NCBI GenBank assembly: GCA_049718365.1
Contig: JBNARN010000001.1
Coordinates: 1 to 46,405 of the forward strand
Source: Candidatus Bathyarchaeales archaeon
GTDB lineage: Archaea > Thermoproteota > Bathyarchaeia > Bathyarchaeales > Bathycorpusculaceae
Length of the DNA: 46,405 bases
Reading direction: 5' to 3'
The position numbers were made by a program, and so were the translations under genes. Positions 35,375 through 44,202 of this stretch are shown one piece after another. Position 1 is the stretch's first letter. Every line of letters starts with the position of its first letter. The notes beneath the pieces are model-generated. The model did not search any database. It was not told where the DNA came from and saw only the letters and a program-made list of their open reading frames with translations.

Positions 35375-35967
35375 ACTAGTTCTCTCCAATTTCGCTTGTT
35401 AGGCACGATTATGTATCCTTCCTCGTGGTCGCCTAATTGTTCCGTTTGCTTCTCCAAATGGAGCACTGCTGTTAAGGCTGCGGTGGCAGCGTCTATCTCA
35501 TGGGAAGTTAAGGTACATGCCTCCAATGCACCTTTCAAGCCAAGCGTTTTCAGTATTTCTTGTATTGCTTTCCAATCTTTTGATGGCATTTCTAAGGCTT
35601 TTCGAGTTGATGTTGGGTGTACTTCGATTACTTTATACTTTTTTTCACCTATTATCCTATTCAACTTTATTGCCCTTAAAGTGAGTTTCTGCATGGCTGG
35701 AAAATTCGGAGAAAATACTTTGTAGCCTCTTCTTATCATTTCTCTATCCGCATTTCTAAAGAAATCCCCTTGCTTTGGAAGGTTTAATGGGGCGTCGATT
35801 GCTATAAGTGCTGGTTGGTTCCTTACTGTTCTTTCTAAAATTTCCTTGTCCGTATAGATTAACGCTGTTTGTAGTGCTTTCCCTCTTAGCATTGCCCAGC
35901 CAGTAGGGTTTTTGCTTGATGCCGCTAAATCTATTCCGATTACACATTTATCTTTGAATTCCAACAT
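35371..35967 (-). CDS. RNase H-fold predicted nuclease (DUF429-like)
   Basis: 198 aa. VIGIDLAASSKNPTGWA, LIAIDAPLNLP and SHEIDAATAALTAVLH form a RuvC/RNase H-like D...D...D pattern typical of DUF429-type proteins. The family assignment is unverified. Confidence 0.55.
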   Translation of the reverse strand: MLEFKDKCVIGIDLAASSKNPTGWAMLRGKALQTALIYTDKEILERTVRNQPALIAIDAPLNLPKQGDFFRNADREMIRRGYKVFSPNFPAMQKLTLRAIKLNRIIGEKKYKVIEVHPTSTRKALEMPSKDWKAIQEILKTLGLKGALEACTLTSHEIDAATAALTAVLHLEKQTEQLGDHEEGYIIVPNKRNWRELV

Positions 35968-36044
35968 TCCCTTTCAAGTTTATATATGCGTTTTCTTATT
36001 TAGATGTGTTATCTTCACAACATGGTTTATGAAGGAGATCTTTA

Positions 36045-37016
36045 ATGGGTGAATTACGTAAAGTGCAGTGCACGCGTACCGGCACGTTTTTTGTTTGTTT
36101 ACCCCGATCTTGGGCTGAGCAGCATGGTTTGCAAAAAGGAACGCTTGTTGCTTTGAATGAGACAAGCGAGGGTAAACTGCTTGTTGATGCACAATATAAT
36201 GCTGAACCGTTGCCGAAAGTTGCGAATTTAACTGTTGGACCATATTTACGCCGTGAAATCATCAGCCGTTACCTTCTGGGTTTCGACGTAATTACTATCC
36301 AAGCAAAGACTGGTATTGACTTTGAAGTTAGAAATGTGGTTAAGGCAGCTGCAAGCTCGTTGATTGGCTTGGAGATAATTGAAGAAAGTTACTCTCAAAT
36401 AGTCCTTCAATGTTTACTGGAGCCTTCTGGGTTTCCTCCTGAAAAAATTTTGAGGCGAAATTATGCTATAGTTGCGGGAATGAGCCGTGATGCTGCTAAC
36501 TCGTTTATCAACGGAGATTTACAGCTGGCTAAGAGCGTTATCGCTCGTGATGATGAAAGCAATAGACTCTATTTTCTGCTGGTTAGAATTTTACGTACAA
36601 TCCTGCAAGCGCCAAGCTTGAGTGAAAAACTGGGGATATCTCCTATTGATTGTTTAGACTACCGTTTAGCTGCAAGCTTAATAGAGTCGATAGGTGATGC
36701 GTGCGTGCAGATAGCAACGAAGACCATAGAACTAAACGGCACCAGATTCCCTGAAGAACTGCAAAAATTGTTTGCTGATTTCCAAACGCTTTGTTATACT
36801 GCACAAGAGCATGCTGTAAAAGCTTTCATAAATAGAGACATCGCCTTGGCTGAAAACGTGCGGGCCATGGATGAAAAAATTCAAAAAGTTTCTGCTGATG
36901 TGGAAAAAATCGCTAAATCTCAGCCTGTAGAGGTTATGCCGCAAATCTTAGCTGCAGCTTCCCTTTTACGGCAGATTTATGAGCATAGCGTGGACTTGGC
37001 AGATCTTGTCGTTTAA
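36045..37016 (+). CDS. PhoU-domain phosphate-uptake-type regulator with N-terminal AbrB/SpoVT domain
   Basis: 323 aa. It has an N-terminal swapped-hairpin motif (GTFFVCLPRSWAEQHGLQKGTLVAL) followed by two PhoU-like helical repeats (RDDESNRLYFLLVRIL..., NRDIALAENVRAMDEKI...). Confidence 0.7.
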   Translation: MGELRKVQCTRTGTFFVCLPRSWAEQHGLQKGTLVALNETSEGKLLVDAQYNAEPLPKVANLTVGPYLRREIISRYLLGFDVITIQAKTGIDFEVRNVVKAAASSLIGLEIIEESYSQIVLQCLLEPSGFPPEKILRRNYAIVAGMSRDAANSFINGDLQLAKSVIARDDESNRLYFLLVRILRTILQAPSLSEKLGISPIDCLDYRLAASLIESIGDACVQIATKTIELNGTRFPEELQKLFADFQTLCYTAQEHAVKAFINRDIALAENVRAMDEKIQKVSADVEKIAKSQPVEVMPQILAAASLLRQIYEHSVDLADLVV

Positions 37017-37133
37017 ATTTAGGTGCGAAAAGGGGTACTTGTGGCAAATTATTAATGTTCTATAGCGATAAAATGGCATAGTGCAAAGGTGTTAAAAGGA
37101 AATAAGTGCCATGTTTAATAGTTATCACCGGAG

Positions 37134-38693
37134 ATGTGTAGCCTTTTGACTGATGTAGTATTGGTATTTGAGGTTCATCAGCCGCATCGGTTGCGGCGGG
37201 GGCTTTTTTGGGAGAATAACGTTTTCAGGCGTTTAAAGAAAGAAGAGTTGTTTGCTTATTATTTTGACGATGCTGTGAATCGGGAAATTTTCAAGCGTGC
37301 TGCCAAAAAATGTTACTTTCCGTCGAACCAGATTTTACTAGAGCTAATTGACAAGTATAAGAAGCAAAGGCGGAAGGTTAAGGTTTCTTTCAGTTTGTCT
37401 GGTGTTTTTCTGGAGCAATGTGAAATGTTTGATCAGGATCTTTTGGAAACTTTTCGGCAGCTTGCCGAGACGGGGTGTGTCGAATTTTTAAATCAGACTT
37501 ACTATCATTCTGTTTCCAGCCTTTATCCCGACAAAAGCGAGTTTATTGAGCAGGTTAAGTTGCATCAGCAAGCAATGAAGAGTTTGCTTGGGTGTGTGCC
37601 TACCTTTTTTGAAAACACCGAACTGCTTTACAATAACGCAGTTGCCCAAGTTATAGATGACTTGGGTTATAAGGGAATTTTCATGGAGGGTGTGGAGAAA
37701 GTGCTTGGCGATAAATCGCCGAATTACGTTTATGCTGCAAAAGGCTGCAAAAAGCTTCGGGTGCTGATGCGCAACTACAAGTTGACCGATGACATAGGCT
37801 TCCGGTTTTCGGCGAGATGGTGGAGCGAATGGCCGCTAACAGCGGATAAATACGCTCTGTGGCTGGCTAACATTCAAGGGCATTGTGTCAACATTTTCCC
37901 TGATTATGAAACTTTCGGAGAACATCACTGGCCCGAGACTGGCATACATGGTTTTCTACGCCACTTACCTGAAGAAATTCTGCGGTGGGAGCATCTGAAT
38001 ATGGCAACTCCCACGGAAGTTGTCAGTAAGTATGCGCCAGTAGGCGAAATTGATGTTCCAGAAGCAGGAGGCACTGTTTCCTGGGCTGATCTTGAACGAG
38101 ATTCAAGTGGATGGCTTGGTAATGCTATGCAGTGGGCTTACTACACGAGTTTGCGGAGGCTTGAACCTATTGTCAAGGAAGCTGAAGATAAGGAGCTTCT
38201 AAGGTTGTGGCGGTATTTTCAAACGAGCGATCATCTTTACTACATGTATACTGCAGGTGGCGCTCCTGGCGAGGTTCATTCTTATTTTAGCCCGTTTCAG
38301 TCACCTATGGACGCTTTTGTGGCCGCTCAAGCTTTACTGTTTGATTTTGAGAATAGACTTAGGCTTGCGACTTTAACGGCGAATGAGCCTTTCTTGTTTT
38401 ATACAAATGTGGGTAAGGAGAATTATACGGGTGTTATGGTGTGGACTCTAAAGGGATTAATCAAAGCGCTTGCGACTATCTCTCTTGAAGCGGTGGAGTT
38501 TCATAGCGTCCGAGGCGATTTTAGCGGTTGGGCAGAGCATTCATTGCGGGATAAGGTTTTGGCTGATCAACTAAAGGCAATTAGTGCTTCAAAGCTGAGG
38601 GGAGAAAAGCTTCGAAAGGCAATTATTAGTGTGGCGAAGAAGCGCTTCCAAAAGTTGAGTCGGCAAGTGCAGGAAGCCGCTAAGCTTTTTTAA
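37134..38693 (+). CDS. Glycoside hydrolase family 57 enzyme (alpha-amylase type) with a ~110-aa C-terminal extension
   Basis: It has the GH57 hallmarks FEVHQPHR, FENTELLYN and PDYETFGEHHW. The extra C-terminal domain (EPFLFYTNVGKENYTGVMVWTLKGL...EFHSVRGDFSGWAEHSL) was not recognised. Confidence 0.8.
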   Translation: MCSLLTDVVLVFEVHQPHRLRRGLFWENNVFRRLKKEELFAYYFDDAVNREIFKRAAKKCYFPSNQILLELIDKYKKQRRKVKVSFSLSGVFLEQCEMFDQDLLETFRQLAETGCVEFLNQTYYHSVSSLYPDKSEFIEQVKLHQQAMKSLLGCVPTFFENTELLYNNAVAQVIDDLGYKGIFMEGVEKVLGDKSPNYVYAAKGCKKLRVLMRNYKLTDDIGFRFSARWWSEWPLTADKYALWLANIQGHCVNIFPDYETFGEHHWPETGIHGFLRHLPEEILRWEHLNMATPTEVVSKYAPVGEIDVPEAGGTVSWADLERDSSGWLGNAMQWAYYTSLRRLEPIVKEAEDKELLRLWRYFQTSDHLYYMYTAGGAPGEVHSYFSPFQSPMDAFVAAQALLFDFENRLRLATLTANEPFLFYTNVGKENYTGVMVWTLKGLIKALATISLEAVEFHSVRGDFSGWAEHSLRDKVLADQLKAISASKLRGEKLRKAIISVAKKRFQKLSRQVQEAAKLF

Positions 38694-38759
38694 ACGTAGT
38701 TCGCGCATGTGTTTATAAGTGAAGTTTCCATTAATTGATAGTTAAGGTGTATGTGACGC

Positions 38760-39011
38760 ATGAGGGAGGAGCTTCCGTTTCCAGAAAAGGTTTTGCAAAC
38801 ATTGCATAACTTGTGCGCTACTGCGGCGGATTTGGCTCGAAGAGGTGAGGAAATAGCGTGGGTTCTGCAACGGGATCAATTAGAAATTGAGGGTATCCTT
38901 GATCAGTATAAGTCTGAAGGTTTTGCTGAATGTTTCGTTGATAATGAGGGTAAAAAGCGCTATTATCTTAATGCCAGGGGAATAATTAAAGTCTGTTCAC
39001 TTTTTACATAG
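38760..39011 (+). CDS. Small hypothetical protein, possibly winged-helix-like
   Basis: 83-aa ORF between the GH57 and glycosyltransferase genes, ending 9 nt before the next start. No family was recognised. Confidence 0.4.
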   Translation: MREELPFPEKVLQTLHNLCATAADLARRGEEIAWVLQRDQLEIEGILDQYKSEGFAECFVDNEGKKRYYLNARGIIKVCSLFT

Positions 39012-39020
39012 TGGACCCTA

Positions 39021-39644
39021 ATGCGTGTTATAATTTTCTCGTGGGAGTATCCGCCTAGAGTCGTGGGGCAACTCGCAGAGTATGTGCGGTTATTGGCTGC
39101 TCAGTTGATTAAGAACAAGGTTGATGTGCATGTGGTTACTTACCATGATTTTTTGACTGGCGCGGTGGAAGAAGCAGATGGTGTTAAAGTTTTTAGAGTG
39201 GCAAATCCTGTTCGCACGCATATTGGCATTTTAACTTGGGATTTAACTTTAAATCAGGAAGTAGCGCGTGCAGCGGCCAGCATCTATTACCAAGTGAACA
39301 AGCAAGTTGACCTTATTGATGTTCATGATTGGCATTTTATACCTGCGGCGGTCACTTTGAAAAACGCGTTTGGTGTGCCGTTTATTTATTCTGTTGAAAG
39401 CTTGGAGGATCATCGTGCTCCGCCAGCTAATACACCTTATAGTATGTCAATAAAGAGTATTGAGTGGCTGGGTTTCTATGAGGCAAAGCACGTGTGCGTT
39501 AAGTCAGAGTGGATGCAGGATGAGGTTATTCGGATACATGCTGTTCCGAAGGAAAAAATAACTGTTGTTAAGCCCAATGCGAATTCTTGGATGCGTGATG
39601 TTTTGGCTGTGTACAAGTCGGTGGTTGGAGGCTTGGATGACTAG
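39021..39644 (+). CDS. Glycosyltransferase N-terminal-domain-only paralog (half GT-B fold)
   Basis: 207 aa. It aligns by eye with the first ~200 aa of the downstream GT: IIFSWEYPPRVVG vs MMFSWEFPPRVIGG, DGVKVFRV vs DGVEVYRV, VHDWHF vs AHDWLV, and VVKPNA vs MVPNGV. It ends before the nucleotide-sugar-binding C-domain. Confidence 0.65.
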   Translation: MRVIIFSWEYPPRVVGQLAEYVRLLAAQLIKNKVDVHVVTYHDFLTGAVEEADGVKVFRVANPVRTHIGILTWDLTLNQEVARAAASIYYQVNKQVDLIDVHDWHFIPAAVTLKNAFGVPFIYSVESLEDHRAPPANTPYSMSIKSIEWLGFYEAKHVCVKSEWMQDEVIRIHAVPKEKITVVKPNANSWMRDVLAVYKSVVGGLDD

Positions 39645-39664
39645 TGCGGCATGAGCTTAGCGTT

Positions 39665-40852
39665 ATGATGTTTAGTTGGGAGTTTCCGCCACGGGTTATA
39701 GGCGGCATTTCGCCTCATGTATACTTCTTGTCTAAAAGTTTAGCTAAAAATGGCGTAAAAGTGTACGTGGTAACTTGCGATTTTCCTGATACGCCTACAC
39801 ATGAGGTTATTGATGGCGTGGAAGTTTACAGGGTGGATTCTTACAAGAATCCTGCACCTGATTTTGCTACTTGGGTTTACTTGATGAATTTGAATATGCA
39901 GCGGGAAGCGGCGGCTATTGTGAATAAAGTCGCGGATAAGATTGATGTTTTTCATGCGCATGACTGGCTGGTTGCTACTGCATGCATCGGGCTGAAGCAT
40001 GTTTTTAGGAAGCCGCTTTTGGTTACAATGCATTCTACTGAGATTGGGCGTAGAGATGGGCTTCACACCGACATGGAACGTATGATTCATGAGACAGAGG
40101 CATGGCTTACGTACGAGGCTTGGCGGGTAATTTGCTGCAGTAATTATATGGTTTCGCATGTTAAGTGGGCTTTCGGGCTTCCCGAAGACAAGCTGGCCAT
40201 GGTTCCTAACGGGGTGAACACCAGCGTTTACGAGGGCCTTGAAAAGGAAAATCTGCGGGAATTTCGGGCTAGGTACGCGTTGCCTGAGGAGAAAATTGTG
40301 CTTTATGTTGGCAGGCTTGTTTACGAGAAGGGCATTCACATACTCGTTAACGCTGTACCCAAGATTCTGGAGAAAGTTAACGCAAAATTCTTGATTGTTG
40401 GCAGCGGCTACATGAAAGAGCAGCTTCTTAACATAGTTAGGAGTATGCGGCTAGAGCATAAAGTGCTCTTTTTGGGGTTTATGGACGAAGCTACTTTGGT
40501 TAAGCTGCAGAAATGCGCTGACGTTTCCGTTGTGCCCTCGCTATTTGAGCCGTTTGGCATTGTGGCGTTGGAGGCGATGGCGGCGAAAAGCCCTGTTGTG
40601 GTATCTGACACAGGCGGTTTATCTGAGATTGTTGACCACGACGTTACAGGGGTTAAGGTTTACCCAAATAATCCTGAGTCTTTGGCTTGGGGCATAACCA
40701 AGGTTCTGCTGGATGAAGGCTTCAGTAACTATATACGCGAAAATGCCTACAGGAAGATTAAAGAGAAATATGATTGGGACAAGATTGCACAGCAGACCAA
40801 GCAGATATACAAAGCCGTGCTGGGCGAATACTCTAAGAGTTTTTGGGCTTAA
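39665..40852 (+). CDS. GT-B glycosyltransferase (GT4/GT5, glycogen-synthase-like)
   Basis: It has an FSWEFPPRVIGGIS N-terminus and, in the C-domain, GRLVYEKGI...VGSG...VVPSLFEPFGIVALEAMAAKSPVVVSDTGGLSEIV (E-x7-E type). The ORF opens at GTG 39644, overlapping the upstream stop, but the ATG at 39665 is preferred by homology with the paralog. Confidence 0.8.
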   Translation: MMFSWEFPPRVIGGISPHVYFLSKSLAKNGVKVYVVTCDFPDTPTHEVIDGVEVYRVDSYKNPAPDFATWVYLMNLNMQREAAAIVNKVADKIDVFHAHDWLVATACIGLKHVFRKPLLVTMHSTEIGRRDGLHTDMERMIHETEAWLTYEAWRVICCSNYMVSHVKWAFGLPEDKLAMVPNGVNTSVYEGLEKENLREFRARYALPEEKIVLYVGRLVYEKGIHILVNAVPKILEKVNAKFLIVGSGYMKEQLLNIVRSMRLEHKVLFLGFMDEATLVKLQKCADVSVVPSLFEPFGIVALEAMAAKSPVVVSDTGGLSEIVDHDVTGVKVYPNNPESLAWGITKVLLDEGFSNYIRENAYRKIKEKYDWDKIAQQTKQIYKAVLGEYSKSFWA

Positions 40853-40931
40853 GCATACATTGAACGCTAACACACGAGAAAGTTATACCCATCCATATAT
40901 AGGGCGAGCTTCCAGTTTTTGCAATGTGTTT

Positions 40932-42272
40932 TCATTTCCCGATGACTCTGACGTTTTCCACCAGTAGCCACGGCGCGATTAGCTGTCCTATTTTCCGCTC
41001 GTTGCCCGCCACGGCGCTTACGTTCTTTAGCACCTCGAAGATGTTGCCTGCGAGCATTACGCCTCGGCTGCAATGTGCGATTTCGCCTTTCTTGATTTTC
41101 CATGCGGGCGTGGCGACTACAGAGAATTCGCCGCTGACGGGGTTACTGCTGTGGGCTCCCTGCAAGTAGTAGATGATTAAGCCGTCATCCACTTCCTCTA
41201 TGAGCTCTTCTGCTGTGGCGTCGCCGGGTATTATGTGAAAGTTTGTGGCTTCAATGCTGGGCGTTGAAAGATATCCTGCGCGAGCAGCGTTTCCCGTGCT
41301 TTCCCTGTCTTCCTTCTTAGCCGCATAACTATCATATAGGAAGTTGCGCAAGACCCCTTTTTCCACAAGAAGCGTCTTCTGGCGCGGAACTCCTTCCGCA
41401 TCAAAGGTTGCCGTGCGTAATCCGCCGGGGAATAGGCCGTTATCGTAGATTGTGACGTTTTCCGATGCAACTTTCTCGCCGATTTTCCCTTTGAACGCGG
41501 ATTGCCCCCGCTGGACATTATCTGCTTTGACAGCGTTGATTAATGTGAAGTAGAGGAGTTCCTGCAACGCGAACTGTGTTAGGATTAGTTTAGTGTTTTT
41601 GGTTTCTATCCGCTTGGTTTTCAAGGCGGAAACCGCTAAGCGTGCAGCTTCCTTGCCTACCCATTCAGCGTCAATGGCATAGCTTCTTTCAGCGTTAAAT
41701 TCAAAGCACACTGGCGTCACCTTGTTTCCTTCTTTGGCTACTGCTGCCAAACTGCATTCTATTATTGTTCCCTTGTCAAAACCTGCGACATCATTCGAAT
41801 TTGCGACGGCAGTCGCCAAGTATGCGGCGCCGACACCGCCCTCAATCGGAAAAGCACGCTTATCCACGCTTACAGCAGCATCCAGCATGCAAGAAGCGAT
41901 GTTCACCAAGTCTTCAGCGTGAAGTTCAAGAATTTTAGGGTCATACGTTTTTTCCGTGGCGGTATACGCCTTTTTTTCAGGAAGCCCCTTCCAGTCTTGG
42001 TCAGGCTTGCTTGCTTTCGCCGCGCTTAAAGCGCTGAGAACCGCCTCTTCAATGGCGTTCTGCCCTTCTATGATGTTTGTGTAGGCAAAACCCACTGCCT
42101 TGTTAACCACAACGCGTATGCCTACGCCGCGGTCTATTATCTTATTGCTCTTGGTAATTTGCCCACGTTCTATGCCCACGCTCGTAGTTTGCCCCTCATA
42201 AACATAGGCTTCAGCTTCCGCAGCGCCTTTCCTCAGCGCTGTGCTCACAGCTTTTTCTGCTACGCTTAGCAT
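40932..42272 (-). CDS. pmbA: PmbA/TldE-family protein (TldD partner)
   Basis: It has the TldD/PmbA fold pattern without the HExxxH motif and sits adjacent to tldD. The ATG at 42272 is preferred over the TTG at 42302. Confidence 0.75.
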   Translation of the reverse strand: MLSVAEKAVSTALRKGAAEAEAYVYEGQTTSVGIERGQITKSNKIIDRGVGIRVVVNKAVGFAYTNIIEGQNAIEEAVLSALSAAKASKPDQDWKGLPEKKAYTATEKTYDPKILELHAEDLVNIASCMLDAAVSVDKRAFPIEGGVGAAYLATAVANSNDVAGFDKGTIIECSLAAVAKEGNKVTPVCFEFNAERSYAIDAEWVGKEAARLAVSALKTKRIETKNTKLILTQFALQELLYFTLINAVKADNVQRGQSAFKGKIGEKVASENVTIYDNGLFPGGLRTATFDAEGVPRQKTLLVEKGVLRNFLYDSYAAKKEDRESTGNAARAGYLSTPSIEATNFHIIPGDATAEELIEEVDDGLIIYYLQGAHSSNPVSGEFSVVATPAWKIKKGEIAHCSRGVMLAGNIFEVLKNVSAVAGNERKIGQLIAPWLLVENVRVIGK

Positions 42273-42282
42273 TTGGTCTTTT

Positions 42283-43668
42283 TCAAGCGTTGCCACCGAC
42301 AATCACCTCTTTAACTCTGATGTGTGGGCCGCCGTCGCATACAAAGGCTGTTTGCCCTTTGCCACATCGGCCAGGCCATAGTTCAAAGTCCTTTCCAACA
42401 GCGTCGACTTTAAAGAGCGTCTCAAGCGTGTTGCCGCTTATGGATGCGTTACGGACAGGCTCGCTTATCTCGCCGTTAACTATCTCGTAGGCCTCTTGTA
42501 TGCCTACTTGGAAAGTGCCGTCTAAATTCGCTTGGCCGCCTCTAAAACTTTTGAAGTAATAGCCAAAACGCACGTCTTCCACAAGTTCTTCAAGGGAATG
42601 GTCTCGCGGCGCCATGTAAGTGTTACGCATGCGGATAATGGGTTCCACACGAAAATCCTCTGCCCTTGCGTTGCCAGTTGGCTCAGCATTAAATTTCTGG
42701 GCGGTTTCACGGTTATGCATTAAACCTGTGACTACGCCGTCTTTTATGAGAAGCGTTTTCTGCGCTGGAACACCTTCATCATCGTATCTGAAGGAACCGA
42801 AGGCGCCGGCTATTGTGCCGTCATCGTAGAAAGTTACAAAGTCTGAACCTATTTTCTTTCCAAGGTTGTCTGCCAGCACACCGCCTGACAATGCCAAATC
42901 CGCCTCGGCAAGGTGCCCGAAGGCTTCATGGACAAAAACGCCTACAACGTTTGGTCCTAAAACCACGGGGAATTTGCCGCCTTTCGGCGGTTTAGCCGCT
43001 AACTGCTCTATTGCGCGCTTTGCAACTTTCTCGCCTAAAGTTTCCGGCGCGTTGCCATCAAATATTTCGTAGCCGGCTGTTGAGCCTATTTCTTCTCTGC
43101 TAAAAGTGAAAACGCCGTTGAGCATGGCTGTGGCGGTTATTCTTGACCAAACATAGAGTCTATCTTGGTTTATGCGTGTGCCGTCGCTGTTTACGAAATA
43201 GCTTGTGCCTGTTAAATCCAAATAATCTATGGTGCAGCTTTTGACTCGGTTGTCATAACCTAACGTGGCCTTATTCACTGCTAACGCAGTTTTTATTTTT
43301 TCTTCCATTTGAACTTCCGCAGGGTTCTTCTTTGATTTCACTTGGACATGGTCTTCCACAGTTTTGGTTTTTGCAAGCTTTATCCGAGTTTTCAACCGTG
43401 CGCTGGCCATTTTTGCCATTTTGCAAGCGTCCGAAACAGCGCTCATTAACGCTTCAGCTTTTAGGGAGCCGACTGAAGCGAAGCCCCAGGCGCCATCAAC
43501 GAGCACACGTAACGCCGCGCCGCTTTCGATGCCTTGCTTAGCTGCTTCAACACGGCCTTCTTTTAGGGTTAGCATTGTTTTGTTAAGTTTTTGCGCTCGG
43601 ACTTCCGCGTATTCAGCGCCGAATTTTTGGACAGCTAGACCATTTATTTTGGAGAGAACTTCTTCCAT
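42283..43668 (-). CDS. tldD: TldD-family metalloprotease
   Basis: 461 aa with the HEAFGH zinc motif ([15 protein letters not shown]) and the conserved GxC C-terminal region (PGRCGKGQ). Confidence 0.85.
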   Translation of the reverse strand: MEEVLSKINGLAVQKFGAEYAEVRAQKLNKTMLTLKEGRVEAAKQGIESGAALRVLVDGAWGFASVGSLKAEALMSAVSDACKMAKMASARLKTRIKLAKTKTVEDHVQVKSKKNPAEVQMEEKIKTALAVNKATLGYDNRVKSCTIDYLDLTGTSYFVNSDGTRINQDRLYVWSRITATAMLNGVFTFSREEIGSTAGYEIFDGNAPETLGEKVAKRAIEQLAAKPPKGGKFPVVLGPNVVGVFVHEAFGHLAEADLALSGGVLADNLGKKIGSDFVTFYDDGTIAGAFGSFRYDDEGVPAQKTLLIKDGVVTGLMHNRETAQKFNAEPTGNARAEDFRVEPIIRMRNTYMAPRDHSLEELVEDVRFGYYFKSFRGGQANLDGTFQVGIQEAYEIVNGEISEPVRNASISGNTLETLFKVDAVGKDFELWPGRCGKGQTAFVCDGGPHIRVKEVIVGGNA

Positions 43669-43786
43669 AGGCGGCTTAACCTTCTGTAGCGAGGTTTTAG
43701 GCTGAGTAATTGCTTAAGGGAATAAAACAGTTTTGTTTCGCATATAGCGAACTTAATTTAAAATAGGCTTTACTTAAGTAGGTAGC

Positions 43787-44104
43787 TTAGGCTTTTTGTA
43801 GGAAGAGTCTCATTTGGTTGGCAAAATCGTATTCTTTTTCAAACTTTGCTTTTTTGGAGGTGCCGTAGGCGGCTGCAAGGTCTGATAGTATTTTGTTTTC
43901 AACTACGAATGCGCCTGAGCTTAGGCATTCTTCGAGTCCTTTTGCGAAAATGTCGATTTTCTTTGAGAACTCGTTTTTGCGTAGTTGGTGGTTTTGTTCT
44001 ATGTATTTGTATATGAAAGTGGTTGCTTCTTCGCCGAAGACTTGTTTTAGGACGCTGTCGATTATTTTGAAGATTTGGTCTTCTTTTTTGGTGGTTGATT
44101 CCAA
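43787..44104 (-). CDS. Hypothetical helical protein
   Basis: 105-aa ORF with its own intergenic spacing. No family was recognised. Confidence 0.4.
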   Translation of the reverse strand: MESTTKKEDQIFKIIDSVLKQVFGEEATTFIYKYIEQNHQLRKNEFSKKIDIFAKGLEECLSSGAFVVENKILSDLAAAYGTSKKAKFEKEYDFANQMRLFLQKA

Positions 44105-44202
44105 GGTGACCCCGACGGTCTATCACAAATATTACGACTTAATAAGTGTTGCCGTTGCAATGTTAAACACAAAAACACAAAAAACAACAGCAAACTCCAT
44201 AC

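Noticed and set aside
35980-36262. Two minus-strand ORFs (87 and 88 aa) at the start of the PhoU-type gene.
   Set aside because: They lie antisense to the AbrB-like N-terminus of a well-supported plus-strand gene, have Cys/Ser-rich odd composition and have no upstream space for a promoter.
40867-41169. Arg-rich 78-aa (-) and 81-aa (+) ORFs at the end of the pmbA-like gene.
   Set aside because: They are alternative frames of the PmbA/TldE coding region and are highly biased low-complexity sequences.
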